From positions 434,001 through 498,000 of the forward strand of contig JBEWZL010000302.1 of NCBI GenBank assembly GCA_045837725.1: DNA of 64,000 nucleotides. The letters are read 5' to 3'. Origin of the DNA: Vermamoeba vermiformis (lineage: Eukaryota). The position numbers and the translations under genes are program-made. The stretch's first letter is position 1. Each line of letters begins with the position of its first letter. Below, in pieces: positions 51,047 to 62,600 of the stretch. Under the pieces are notes generated by a model. The model worked only from the letters and a program-made list of their open reading frames with translations. It ran no database searches and had not been told where the DNA came from.

Positions 51047-54000
51047 ATGATCTCTTCTGCATCACGAAGCCTAGCATTTATTTTGCTAATTTTTGGATGC
51101 TATCTGCGTATAAACAATGTGCGCGCAGCTACCGTGCCGTTAACAGCCACCGAGCAAGAAGCTCTTATGAATATTAGAGATGCATTTATTAACTATCCAG
51201 CGAACTGGCTTAACACCACTGTAGCAAATCCATGCGGAAAATGGACTGGCATTGCATGTAACGGAGCCGGTGTATTTAATAGAATACAACTGACTGGAAA
51301 GGTAAGTCTATCATAATTACAATTAATTAATTTTCAAGCCATAATTTAATTAAAACTCGTTGTAACGTTTCCGAGTTGTGTTCGATCCGAGATCTCAAAG
51401 ATTTATTTCGCAAGGTCTATCGGTTGGTCTAATATACTTTGTATTTTAGCTTTCAGGTGGAACTATATCGCCTTATATTGGCAATCTTACGAACCTCGAG
51501 GTATGGGACACGTCCCATTTTGGTTCCGAAATAATTCTGAACGATGTACCCTTTATTTTAGATCGTTAAATTGGAAAACAATGGACTTACTGGCACAATA
51601 CCGCAAGAAATAGGCTTATTAACCAGTTTGACAAATTTATGGCTCACATCCAACCAATTAGAAGGATCGCTTCCGGATGCGATTGGCCAGTTACCAAATT
51701 TGGATTCGCTGCGCCTAAACTCTAACGAGCTCACTGGTACTATACACAGCTCAATTGGAAATATTACAGGCCTGGCAGAATTTTACGCGTCGAATAATCA
51801 ATTCAGCGGTACCATACCGAGCACTTTCTTCAATAATCCAACATTGGCGACATTAGATCTATCAGGAAATGACTTTACTGGCGGTATTCCGGAAGATATT
51901 GGTGCTTTGACGTCGTTAGGAACGTTAATTTTGAACGATAACAGACTCGGCGGAACGATCCCGGATTCAATCGGCCTTGCGAAGAAATTAACGCAATTAG
52001 ACCTCGAAAATACACTTATTGAAGGCACTATTCCATATTCTATGGGCAATTTGACCAGTATGGCCTACTTGAACTTGGCATCCAACAACTTGGTCGGAAC
52101 TATCCCCGATAGTCTGAGCAAAATGAAAGTCCTGAAAGAAATTAGATTGAGCGAAAATTCATTTGAAGGAACAATCCCCGACGTATTTTACAAGAATATA
52201 ACGACTATTTCGGTCTTGGAAGTCAGTCGCAATGCTTTTTCGGGAACGATCCCGGACAACATCTCCAATTGGAAATTTTTGCAATCATTGCGTTTGGACA
52301 ACAATCAATTTAGCGGCACTATCCCTACGACGATTGGACAACTTCCAAATTTGCAGATCTTGACACTCAGTGCGAATCAATTCTCCGGAACTATTCCGAA
52401 CTCGATCACGCAATTAACTCGCATTAGACAGTTGGAAATGACAGACAATCAGCTCGAAGGCACTATACCAAGCGACATTAACAAATTGATCTTATTGACA
52501 TCGTTGCGCATGGACCGAAATATCCTCGTTGGAACCATCCCTGATTTGTCAACTTTGCTTGTCTTACAAACACTTCTATTGAGCGACAACGGCCTCACGG
52601 GAAGTCTACCCGAGTGGAATAACTTGGGACAACTGACCAGCATTGAACTCAGTAACAACAAGCTGAGCGGAACAATTCCAAACTCGGTCGGTCAGTTGGT
52701 TCGACTTCGAACATTGCTGTTGGACAACAATCAATTAGAAGGCTCGGTGCCTGCTTCAATAGGCAATGCAGGAGCACTGCTCAATGTTCAACTGCACAAC
52801 AATAAGTTGAGCGGATCTCTGCCCGAAGAATTGTATTATTTAACTGGACTTCAATTCTTGCTACTGAACAACAACCAATTCAGTGGCACACTATCAGACT
52901 CGTTACAATCGCTTAATAATATCCAGCAATTGGTTCTCAGCTTCAATCAGTTCGGCGGATCCATTCCGAATGTCTTTGCACAATTTTCACGACTTCGAGA
53001 ATTCTCAGTCGACAATAACCATTTCAGCGGGTCTATTCCCTCATCGCTTTCCAATTGCACGTTATTATCGACGCTATATATGGAAGCCAATCAGCTTGAT
53101 GGAGAAATTCCGTCTGGATTCGGATCCGTTTCAAAACTCACGCGCATGAAGTTCAACAATAACCACTTATCTGGCACTATTCCCGACGATCTTGGCAATT
53201 CAAACTCGTTGATCGAGATCGATCTCTCTAGCAACCAATTGTCCGGATCTTTGCCAGCCTCATTGGGCCGGATCAGATCCCTTCAAACGCTTGGACTTAA
53301 CAGCAACTCTTTGAGTGGTTGTATGCCCTCTTTTGACACGCTCATTCCGGAGTGTAGAATATCTTCGAATATGTGGCAATGCAACTGTTTCAACAGCTCC
53401 TTGTGTCAAACTCAAGATCAGACTGTTTGCGTAGATCCCGAAAACGAATCATTCAAGATAGGTCTTATTGTTGGACTTACTATTGGCGGTGCTGTAGTAG
53501 CAGGCGGTAAGTTCCGTTTATTTGGTAGCTCCTTCCTAACTGAATTTTCCTAATTTAGTAATCGTCTTTGCAATCCTGTTCTCGCGTTGGAAGAAAAAAC
53601 GAGGAATTTTCTTGAGCATTAAAGAGCCGAATTATCAATTGGTGGCTTTTATGAAAGATTTGACCTTGCAATACAAATATAGTGCGAGCGATGATTACAA
53701 GTACGTACACTTGACATTCTGAATCCAACCTTCTGAATCCAAAATTTACTTTCTTAATTAGGGAACTAGAAGATATTCTGTTCAGTACTGATCGAACTTT
53801 CTTATCGTGCCTAGTGTCAATTACAGCCGCTACCGAGTTTGACTTGGTAAGTTTACTATTGATCACTTTACAACGTTTTTCCTTCTTGGTGACCCCTCCT
53901 TCCTTGTTTGGAAGCGAATTGCTATATTTGGAATATGTCGGTTGTTAATAACAAGCCCTCGTCCAAAAAAATTGTTCGGCGCCTCCACGAAAAATACCAT

Positions 54001-55495
54001 TCTTATGTGTATTCACAAATATTTGCAGATTGCCAAATCGGTCATGTTCTTGGGTCATCACAGACAAATTGCCGCAGATCTTGTGGAATATTTTGCTGCC
54101 AAAGAAATTCTTGATACACGTAAGCTTAGTACCCGGAACCTTTTTACATGTCATTTTAGCGATTGTACTTTACTTTAGACGAAGAAAACACATTGTTTCG
54201 AATCGACAATATGGCGAGCAAGATGTTCAAGTTTTATTCGAAGATTGTTGGCATCAATTACTTGTTCCAGTCCTTGGCTCGTGTCATTAACGAGCTCGAA
54301 CTCGTCATCAGCGAAAAAGAACACGTGAGTATCGTGGTGATATAATGTATTATAATCATATTCGTATTAAATATTTACTATAGGACATTGAGAAAGGCAA
54401 AGCCAGCATTCTTGACATAAACATGGAGGTCAGTACAAAGTGACACGTGTCACTCAATAATTTTCACGGAGTAGTGAAAAAAAATAGATCCTTATTATTA
54501 AATATACGTATATTAATTAATCGAATCGGAATAGCAAGCACTAATCGTCGTTTGACAGGTCGATCCGACTCGTTTCCAAGAAGACGTTGATAAAGACGCG
54601 AATTTGTTCCAATTGTCATTCACTTGTCAAAAGATTATTCAAGTCATCATTGCCAACGAGAACAAAATTCCACAGTAAGCTAACTAGGGCAAAAGAACGA
54701 TTAGAAAAATCATGAGCTAATTTATTTGTAGGGAATTCCGTCGGTTGTTTACGCGCATGAAATTTGCTATTTTGTCGCGATTCAATAGCGATGAAGCTGT
54801 TTATAAGGCTCTGGGAGGCTTCTTATTTTTGCGATTTATTTGCCCGGCGATTACTGCTCCTGGCGCATACGGCATTTTAGAACGTAAGAAAAAGATATTT
54901 CCTAATTTGGTAATACTTACCTTTTATAGAAAATCCTTCTCCGAAGCTCCAGCGCCAATTGATTTTGATCGCCAAAGTCATTCAAAATGTCGCCAACATG
55001 TCAAAAACTACCAAAGAATCGTTCATGGAAGAATTGGTCGTATTTCGCGACAAAAATATCCCAAAGATTAAAGGATTTTACGACCAAATCCTCGTAAGTG
55101 AAATTACATTGTAATTACTTGCGTAATCGAACCTCATTTGGTTTTACAGGATGTTCAAAAGATGGAACGTGCTCAGCCGAATAGCAAGCCCATAACAGTC
55201 CCTGAAGAAGTCCGTTTGAACGCTCTTTGCAATTTGCACGCACAAATCGCGAGTAATACAAACAAATTGCAGCAAAGTTTTAGCAGCCTTGATCCAGACA
55301 AGCAAGATGTGAGTACAACCAAATCTAATACTACTTATTAGTAGACCTAATGTCGTGTAGAAAATGAACCAAGCCTTGCAAAGAATTAATGAAAAGTACG
55401 GCAAAGCACCGAAGAAAATTAACGGCGGAGAAGATCCGCAACCGAAATCAGCGCGAGGAGACAAAGAACGACTATTAGAATCTAATGCTAATTAA
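51047..55495 (+). CDS. Single-pass receptor: signal peptide, plant-RLK-like LRR ectodomain, TM helix, cytoplasmic RasGAP domain
   Basis: LRRNT-like 'WLNTTVANPCGKWTGIAC'; more than 20 24-aa LRRs (LxxNxLxGxIP); TM 'IGLIVGLTIGGAVVAG|VIVFAILF'; RasGAP motifs 'TLFRIDNMASK', 'FLFLRFICPAITAP', 'LILIAKVIQNVAN'. Confidence 0.88.
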
Positions 55496-55725
55496 TAACC
55501 CGTGTAGATGTATATCATCTTTGTATAATTACAGAAAAAGCTACAGTTTATTTACAAATTTTCTACCTCATCTGAATCCACAAGCTCATCCGATGAAGAC
55601 TCGCTTTCGTTATTATTATCATCGGCTTTTTTGACCCACTTACTAATATTTTTACCATTAAATCCGATAATTGGCGCGCCTTCTCGAATTTTCTTTTCGA
55701 GCTCAGGAGGTGTTTCTCGATCTAG

Positions 55726-56849
55726 TCATTTTTGACCATTTGAAAAAGTCGGTGATGCAGTTATATATTTTCTTAAATACTCTGCTACAGAAGGGAATGT
55801 AAATTCTTCTAATTTCTTGCCCCCAGTCATCATATCTTGACGAATGGCCGTAGAACTGATATCTTCCAGATCCGTCGGTACGTAATAATAAAACGGCCTT
55901 AGTAATGATTAGTTAGCTATGATATAGCTACATATTATAGTAGGTCTCGGTACCTATTATTAACGAACATCTTGTCGTATCCTCGATTCTTAGCAACTTT
56001 GTCAATGTCTTTGCTGTAGCCCGGTCGCGCGGCACAAATAAATCCAAAATTAAAATTCTTCAGACAAGCCATATTACATCGAATAGCATGGTCTGTATAA
56101 TAATATTAATAATCATATTACTATTAAGGAGGTATCATACCTGCTCCGCAAACGTAAAGTACGTTGATGGTCACATCCGGAAATTTCTTCTTTAATTCTT
56201 TATCAATATTCTTAACGACGCCATCGAAATTGACGAATGAATCTTGATCGCTATAAAATACATTAATAAATCTAGTAATTAAACTAGATCTACGTACCAT
56301 TCCCACTCATCTACCATCAACCAATCTTTGCAAGTTGATTCTTGGACTGCACGATTGCAAAGCTCTATTCGCATATGACTCGGCATATGATATATTCCTA
56401 GCTTGCCGCTGACATAGTAATCGTGGCTAGGCGATAAATAGCCGCCGATCTACAATTTGTTCGTTAATCAAATCCGTTCAAAGAAAATCATAGAATTCTA
56501 ATTTGGCGTGCAACTTACAACAACATGGTCCGGTTGTTGCTCTAGATGAGCTTTAGCAACATTAAACATTTCAACGTGCATTCTGTTAATAAAATAAGAA
56601 TTATTAGATCCGGATTCAAGTTCAAAAATACGTAGTTAATGTAAAATTCAAACAAAGATGTACTTAATTATGCTATTATTTTTAATATAATATTTACCTA
56701 TGCACGGGATTTAAGCTACCAGTTGATACTAAAACGAATAATTTTTTCTGTTTAATCGCTTCTTTATCCAAAGCAGCCAAATTATTCTTTATTTTGTCAA
56801 CTGGAGTTGATTCTTTTTGCATGTTGTTCTTTAGTGTGTGCTTTTCCAT
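55726..56849 (-). CDS. Nicotinamide/nicotinate mononucleotide adenylyltransferase-like (cytidylyltransferase HxGH fold)
   Basis: 'STGSLNPVH|RMHVEMF', 'GGYLSPSHDYY', 'YVCGA|D', 'ISSTAIRQ', 'PSVAEYL'. First in-frame stop is TGA at 55726-55728. Confidence 0.85.
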
Positions 56850-57238
56850 TTTGCTAGCAACGAATACAGGTCTTGCCAGTTTTTTTAGCTTTTGACAGCA
56901 CGTGCCTTAAGAGAACGTATCTAGGAACCTATATAATTGGTGATGGTTGAATGTTGCGCAAGTGGTACTGTTGCCACTTCCGCGCTGATTACGCAGAGAA
57001 TCCAGATTTGTTTGACATTCCTTGAACTTTCTGTAAGCTGTTTGGACAACTACTCCTGTATCAGATTTCTCGAATGAAGGAATATTTGGTAATGACATAG
57101 GCTTTGTGCTATCATTGTGGAGGAGTTTCATGAAACAAGTTGGTTGGGAAATTTGACGACGTTTTTGTTTCAATTGATTTTTTGAGCGTAACACGACAAT
57201 CCTGGAGCGTATTATTTATATTATAAATAGTTATAATA

Positions 57239-59583
57239 ATGGATAAGCTGCGGTCATCAACCAAACTGAGATCTAGCTCCGGATCTCGTAGAAAAGGTAT
57301 TAACTAACAAAATAAATTGTAATAATAATTATAACGTGTAAAATATGCTACAATATCGCAATAATACGCAATTTATATATTTTTTGATTTTTTAAAATCG
57401 TGAAGATTTTTTTCTAACGTAAAATCTTTTTTTATTCAGCCGAGTCAGACAGTGACGTGGTAAGTGAAAATTTCGAATATTTAGATACAATAACGCGTAT
57501 ACTAATTTATGGTTAGTCCGACGGACCTGATCTTAGCGAAGAATTAAAAGATGTGGCGGATGACGATCTAGAAGATAGCACGAATGAGGATGCCTCGGAA
57601 CAAATAGAAGAGGTCGATAAATTCTTAAAAGATTTAGAGGAAAAGAAAAAAAAGCAAGAAGAAGAACGTAAAAAGGCTCTAGCGGAACGAGAAGAGATGC
57701 GCAAGAAAAGACAAGCTGAAATGGCCAAGTAAGCATATATTAAGTTATTAAATAGCAAATAGATATTATTAAAAGCGTAAATTTCCGAAATTGCAACGTT
57801 TTAAGCGAGATCGGATGCGAGATGCACTTTTATTGATTACCCTTATTACGTTCTCAAATATTAATACTCTATTTTTAGGCTTGATGCCGAATTAGCTTCA
57901 GATACAATGTCGGCAAAAGAAAAGGCTCGAGAACAACGGTTAGTAAATTTCAAATCCCGAGACACGCGATCAAATCTGACCTTAACAGCCGCAAGCAAGC
58001 CGAAGAAGAAGAACATCGTATTCAACTCGAACTAAAGCAACGCGAAGAAGAGCGATTGAAGCGCAGACAAGAACGCGAACAAAAATTACGCGACGAAGAG
58101 AAACGCATCAAGGAAGAATCAGCAAAACGATTAGCGTAAGCTTAAAAAACTATTACATACGACTAAATATTATATGAGCTACATTAATAGCATCTAGATT
58201 AGTTGTTTGAATAGTTTAAGATCGTTAACTAAGCAGATTTAAAATTGTAGTGAGATCGCAGAACGCGAAAAGAAATCTCGCGAATGGGAATTAGAACAAG
58301 AACGGCTGAAGAAAGAAAAACAAGAAAAATTGAAGAAAAAAGAACTAGAGTTGAAAGCACAGGCCGAGAAAGAAGCCAAAGAATTCGAAGTGAAACGAAA
58401 ACTGCAGCAACAGGCAAGTAATTACGTTATTAATAGCATAATATGTATATGAGAACTATATTTATATTATAACGATTTTAAGACAAGAAAAGAAGGATTT
58501 GAAGTTAATTTTTTTGGTTTAGGAAATGGATCGACTCGCCAAAGAGCTCGAAAAAGTAGATCTTGCCGGAGAAAATGGAGAAATAGCTGATTTGAATATC
58601 AATCTCGATGGCGCTAGCGAACTGGACGGCAGCGAGCAGATCGAGCACTTGGATGACGCGTTGAGCGCCAAAAGTAACGACCATAGTATTCGAGGTACCA
58701 CATAAATATTATTATCGTCGTATATGATATTAATAGAGTTGTTTGTAGACGACACTGAAGAGCCAGCAGCAACAAGTCCTCGCGGCCAATTAGAGCGCCA
58801 ATCCTCAACGAGCTCGATCAGATCTGCCACCAGTTCTGTATCGCGCGAGTCACGTGGTGTGTCTAGAGCGAGTGGACTGCGCGATAGTCCTGCGAGCAAG
58901 GTCAATGACGCCGAAGAAGATCCGATCGAGCGACGCGCACGTGAACGCGAAGAACGTGCGAGACAACGACAGAAGTATGAAAAATTGATGTTTCTATATT
59001 TGGAAATGTTGCCTAATACTTCTAGGGAGCGTGAAGAACGAGAGGCACAAGAGCGCGAGGAAGAAAGAAAACGTGAAGAAGAACGTGAACGGAGACGCAA
59101 AGAACGCGAGTCGAGTTACAGCAGCACACGTGACACATCCGCGACGACGAGCAGTTACGGCACGAGTGGATATCGATCGAGCACTGCTGCATCGAGATAT
59201 GGCACCACGACGACTGACACTGACTCGAGGTATGTTGAACAACGTTTGACACCTGTCAAAAGATATTTTGTAACAATTGGTTTAGTTATGATGATTTGCG
59301 CAAGAAAAGAGAACAAGAGCGCGAGGAACGACGTCGCAAACTCGAAGAAGAAGAAAAGAAAGCTGAAGAAGAGCGCAAACAACGCGAAGAAGAGCGCGAA
59401 CGGCGCAGAAAAGAGCGTGACGCGGGCACTTCGTCGTACACTTCGAGCTACACGAGCAGTTACACGCCGTCATCGCGCTCGACTTACACGCCCTCGTACA
59501 GCTCGTCAAGCTCTTCTTACACACCTTCATACAGCAGCTCCTCTTCAAGCAGCTCACGCACATCTTATTCACGAAGATATTAA
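57239..59583 (+). CDS. Low-complexity E/R/K-rich coiled-coil protein with S/Y/T-rich segments
   Basis: Multiple exons of charged single-alpha-helix-like sequence (EEERKREEERERRRKE); final exon ends SYTPSYSSSS...SRRY*. Confidence 0.7.
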
Positions 59584-59683
59584 CAATCCAGCAAACTATT
59601 TAAGACTGTAAATAAATATTAACAATTTACTGTACAAGTTTATTTCGCACGAATTGACGTCAATTCAACTCGATTATTTGTTT

Positions 59684-62600
59684 TCACTTGTCGATCCATT
59701 TGTTGAGCAACAAGTAGATCTTCTCCATCGAAGCAGGTTTGGTCAAATAATCGTTCATGCCCGCCTGTTTGGCACTCTCGATCAGTTTTTCATCGGTATG
59801 CGCACTGAGACCGACTATAACCGTTGGAGACACGCCCAGACTGACTTCTTGTTCGCGGATCTTCTTCGTTACTTCAATGCCGTTCATCAGAGGTAAGGTC
59901 AGGTCCATAAGTACTAGCTCAAACTCGTTTGGTTTGAACTTATCGAGTACTTCTGGGCCTGTCGATGCCAGAACGGATTCGTAGCCTTGTTTCTTCAGTA
60001 AATTTTTCAATAATGTTTGATTGATAATGTTGTCGTCCACCACGAGGATAGGTTTGTGCACTCTCTTCTCTTTAGGCTCCTTCGGTTTGGCAATATTTTG
60101 GCTCACCATATCGTCCTTAGTTTTTTTCTTGCCAGCGTCAGCACTTGCCCACTGAGCAATAATATTTACAATTTTGTCGAAGGTCGCGGGCTTGCTGATA
60201 AAGTCGTCCATGCCAGCATTGATGGCTTCAACAATCTTCTCGGGCTGAGCATAGGCACTCAAGCCGATAATAAATGTTGGGTGAACCACCTTGTTTTGTC
60301 GTTCGCGTTCACGAATGCGTTTGGTCACTTCAATGCCGTTGAGCTCAGGCATGGCAATGTCCATCAGAATGAAGTCAAATTTGTCAGGCTGGTACTTCTC
60401 CAATGCATCCACGCCGTTATTGGCCACTTCGCACGTGTAGCCTTGTTTCTTCAACAAGCACTGACACAGCACTTGATTGATGTAGTTGTCTTCCACGACG
60501 AGCACATGTTTCGTGTGCACACGTGCTTTGACAGGGATCTCGGGACTTCTGATTGTTTCCTCGCCAATCGAAGAGCAGCTGACCGCAAACGAAAAGCCGT
60601 GTTCAGCGTCCTCTTCTTGGTCGTGCATGACTTCGATCTTGCTGCCGCCCATCGCCTTGACCAAAAGATTACTGATAGCCAAGGTGAAGCCCGTGTTGCT
60701 GTAGTGCGAGCCCATGCTGCGATTAGCAAACGAATGCTGTTGCAGGGAAGTTAGCATTTCAAACGCCGTCTGATCGATGACTAGCGTGCCGCAGGTGATA
60801 CGCGTGCTGAGTTGTGAAGTTTGCTCGTTGATCACATTCAGCGACTGCGATAAAACAATGTTGCTGCCTTGAGGAACGGAGTCAATAAGGTAGATCAGCA
60901 ATGCGTTGACGATGTGCGCCAGACAGCGTGAGTCAATCTTGACACGCAGACCGAACTTGACAGGCTGTAATTCGACAGTAATGCCACGCATCTCGAGCCT
61001 GTCGGTATGAACTTTGACAATCTCCGTGAGTAAGCCAGCAGGATCGCAGACAGTTTGAGCGAGTTCAAACTTGTTCGAGTAGAGCTTGGTGAGCAACACG
61101 ACCTCGTCCATGACGCGTGTCTGATGAGCTGTGCATTCTTCCAGATTGCTGAGGTACTCTTTCATGTCCAACAGATTCGTAGCTAGGTTCTGGTCAAAGT
61201 GTGTGATGGGTGAGCTGTGTTTGGAGACGCTCTGCCAAGCCTTTTCGAGTGAGAACAGTCTGTCGGATAACAACTCCCAGCTGCCTGTGATGCCGTGCAA
61301 GGGATTGCGAATCTCGTGACAAATCATGTCAATGAACTCATAGAGGGCCGTGTTGAGCTGACGAAGTTCCTTGGTCTTCTTGTCAACTTCGCGCTCCAAG
61401 TGCATGCGGAGTCGACCAAGTTCGAGGTGGTTCTTGACACGGGCAAGTAACTCTTTCTCTGAGAACGATGTCTTGACCAAGTAGTCGTCGGCGCCTTTTG
61501 CAAAGTATTAGTATCAAGCCAAGCAATAAAATATTAACTGGCTGGCACTTACCGTGGCCTAAACCTTCTACCTTTGCCTCTTCACCAGCACGCGCAGACA
61601 ACAAGATGATCGGAATCCCCTTCGTGACTGGATTCTCGCGAAGCTTTTGGATCAAACCAAAACCGTCAAGTTTTGGCATCATAACGTCACTGACAACCAA
61701 GTCCGGAGGATTTGCACAAGCCATCTCGTAAGCTACTTCTCCATCGGTGGCTGTGTCCACGTGCCAAGCCTTTGCGAGAATTTGTCTAATGTAGTTACGC
61801 ATGTCCACGTTGTCATCAGCCAGCAGCACGCGATAATTCTTCGGGTTGCTAATTGAGCTTGACTCCGACTCTTCCTCCATATCAGCCGAGTGCTCGCCCC
61901 ATCGTGTAGCTTCTTCAACGATCGAGTGACTGTGCAATGAAAGCGTGGTATCGCTTGTGTTCTCTTCTTTGATCTTGTCTTGCGGCAAGTGATCCCGACC
62001 CAGTGGGATATGAACTGTGAATGTGGTTCCTTCGCCGAGTTTGCTAGCGACAGTGATGACACCGCCGTGCAGCTTAGTGAGTTCTTGAATGAGCGCAAGA
62101 CCAATGCCTGAGCCTTCGAAGCTTCGGCCTTGTGAGGTTTCGACCCGATGGAATCTACGGAACATGTTGGGCAGTTCGTGTTCAGGAATGCCCACGCCCG
62201 AGTCCTTGACGCTAAGTTCGACGTGATCGCCAACTTTCTTTAGCTCTACGCGGATGTGTCCTTTGAGTGTGAACTTGTAGGCGTTGGAAATCAAGTTCAT
62301 GACAATCTTCTCCCACATCTCTGTATCGACGTAGACTAGTTCGTCTATAGCTTGAACTTCGACAATGTAATCTAATGAGGATTGCTCCATGACTGACGTG
62401 AAGAGTTGACAAAGTTCACGTGTCAGCTTGGTAAGGTCTGTAGGGGTAAAGCAAATTTGAGCGCGTCCAGCTTCAATGCGCGAGAAGTCCAAGATAGTGT
62501 TAACGAGCTTCAACAGCCGCAGTGCATTTCTTTGGATCAAGGTCTGGCGAGCTTTCTGACGCTCGTTGAGTGGATCGGTTTTGTCAGCAAGAGAATCGGC

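Larger units (their letters stand above)
3771..54452. repeat. Dispersed 12-bp palindrome TGACACGTGTCA; at least 8 perfect copies, mostly intronic
   Basis: Perfect copies start at 3771, 4817, 4939, 21935, 24011, 45277, 47646 and 54441. One-mismatch variants start at 3804, 9156, 21699, 39499, 47467, 47492 and 59247. Confidence 0.85.

Noticed and set aside
56907-57194. 95-aa ORF between the NMNAT-like gene and the coiled-coil gene
   Set aside because: Non-ATG start, no motif, and it lies in a divergent promoter/UTR region.
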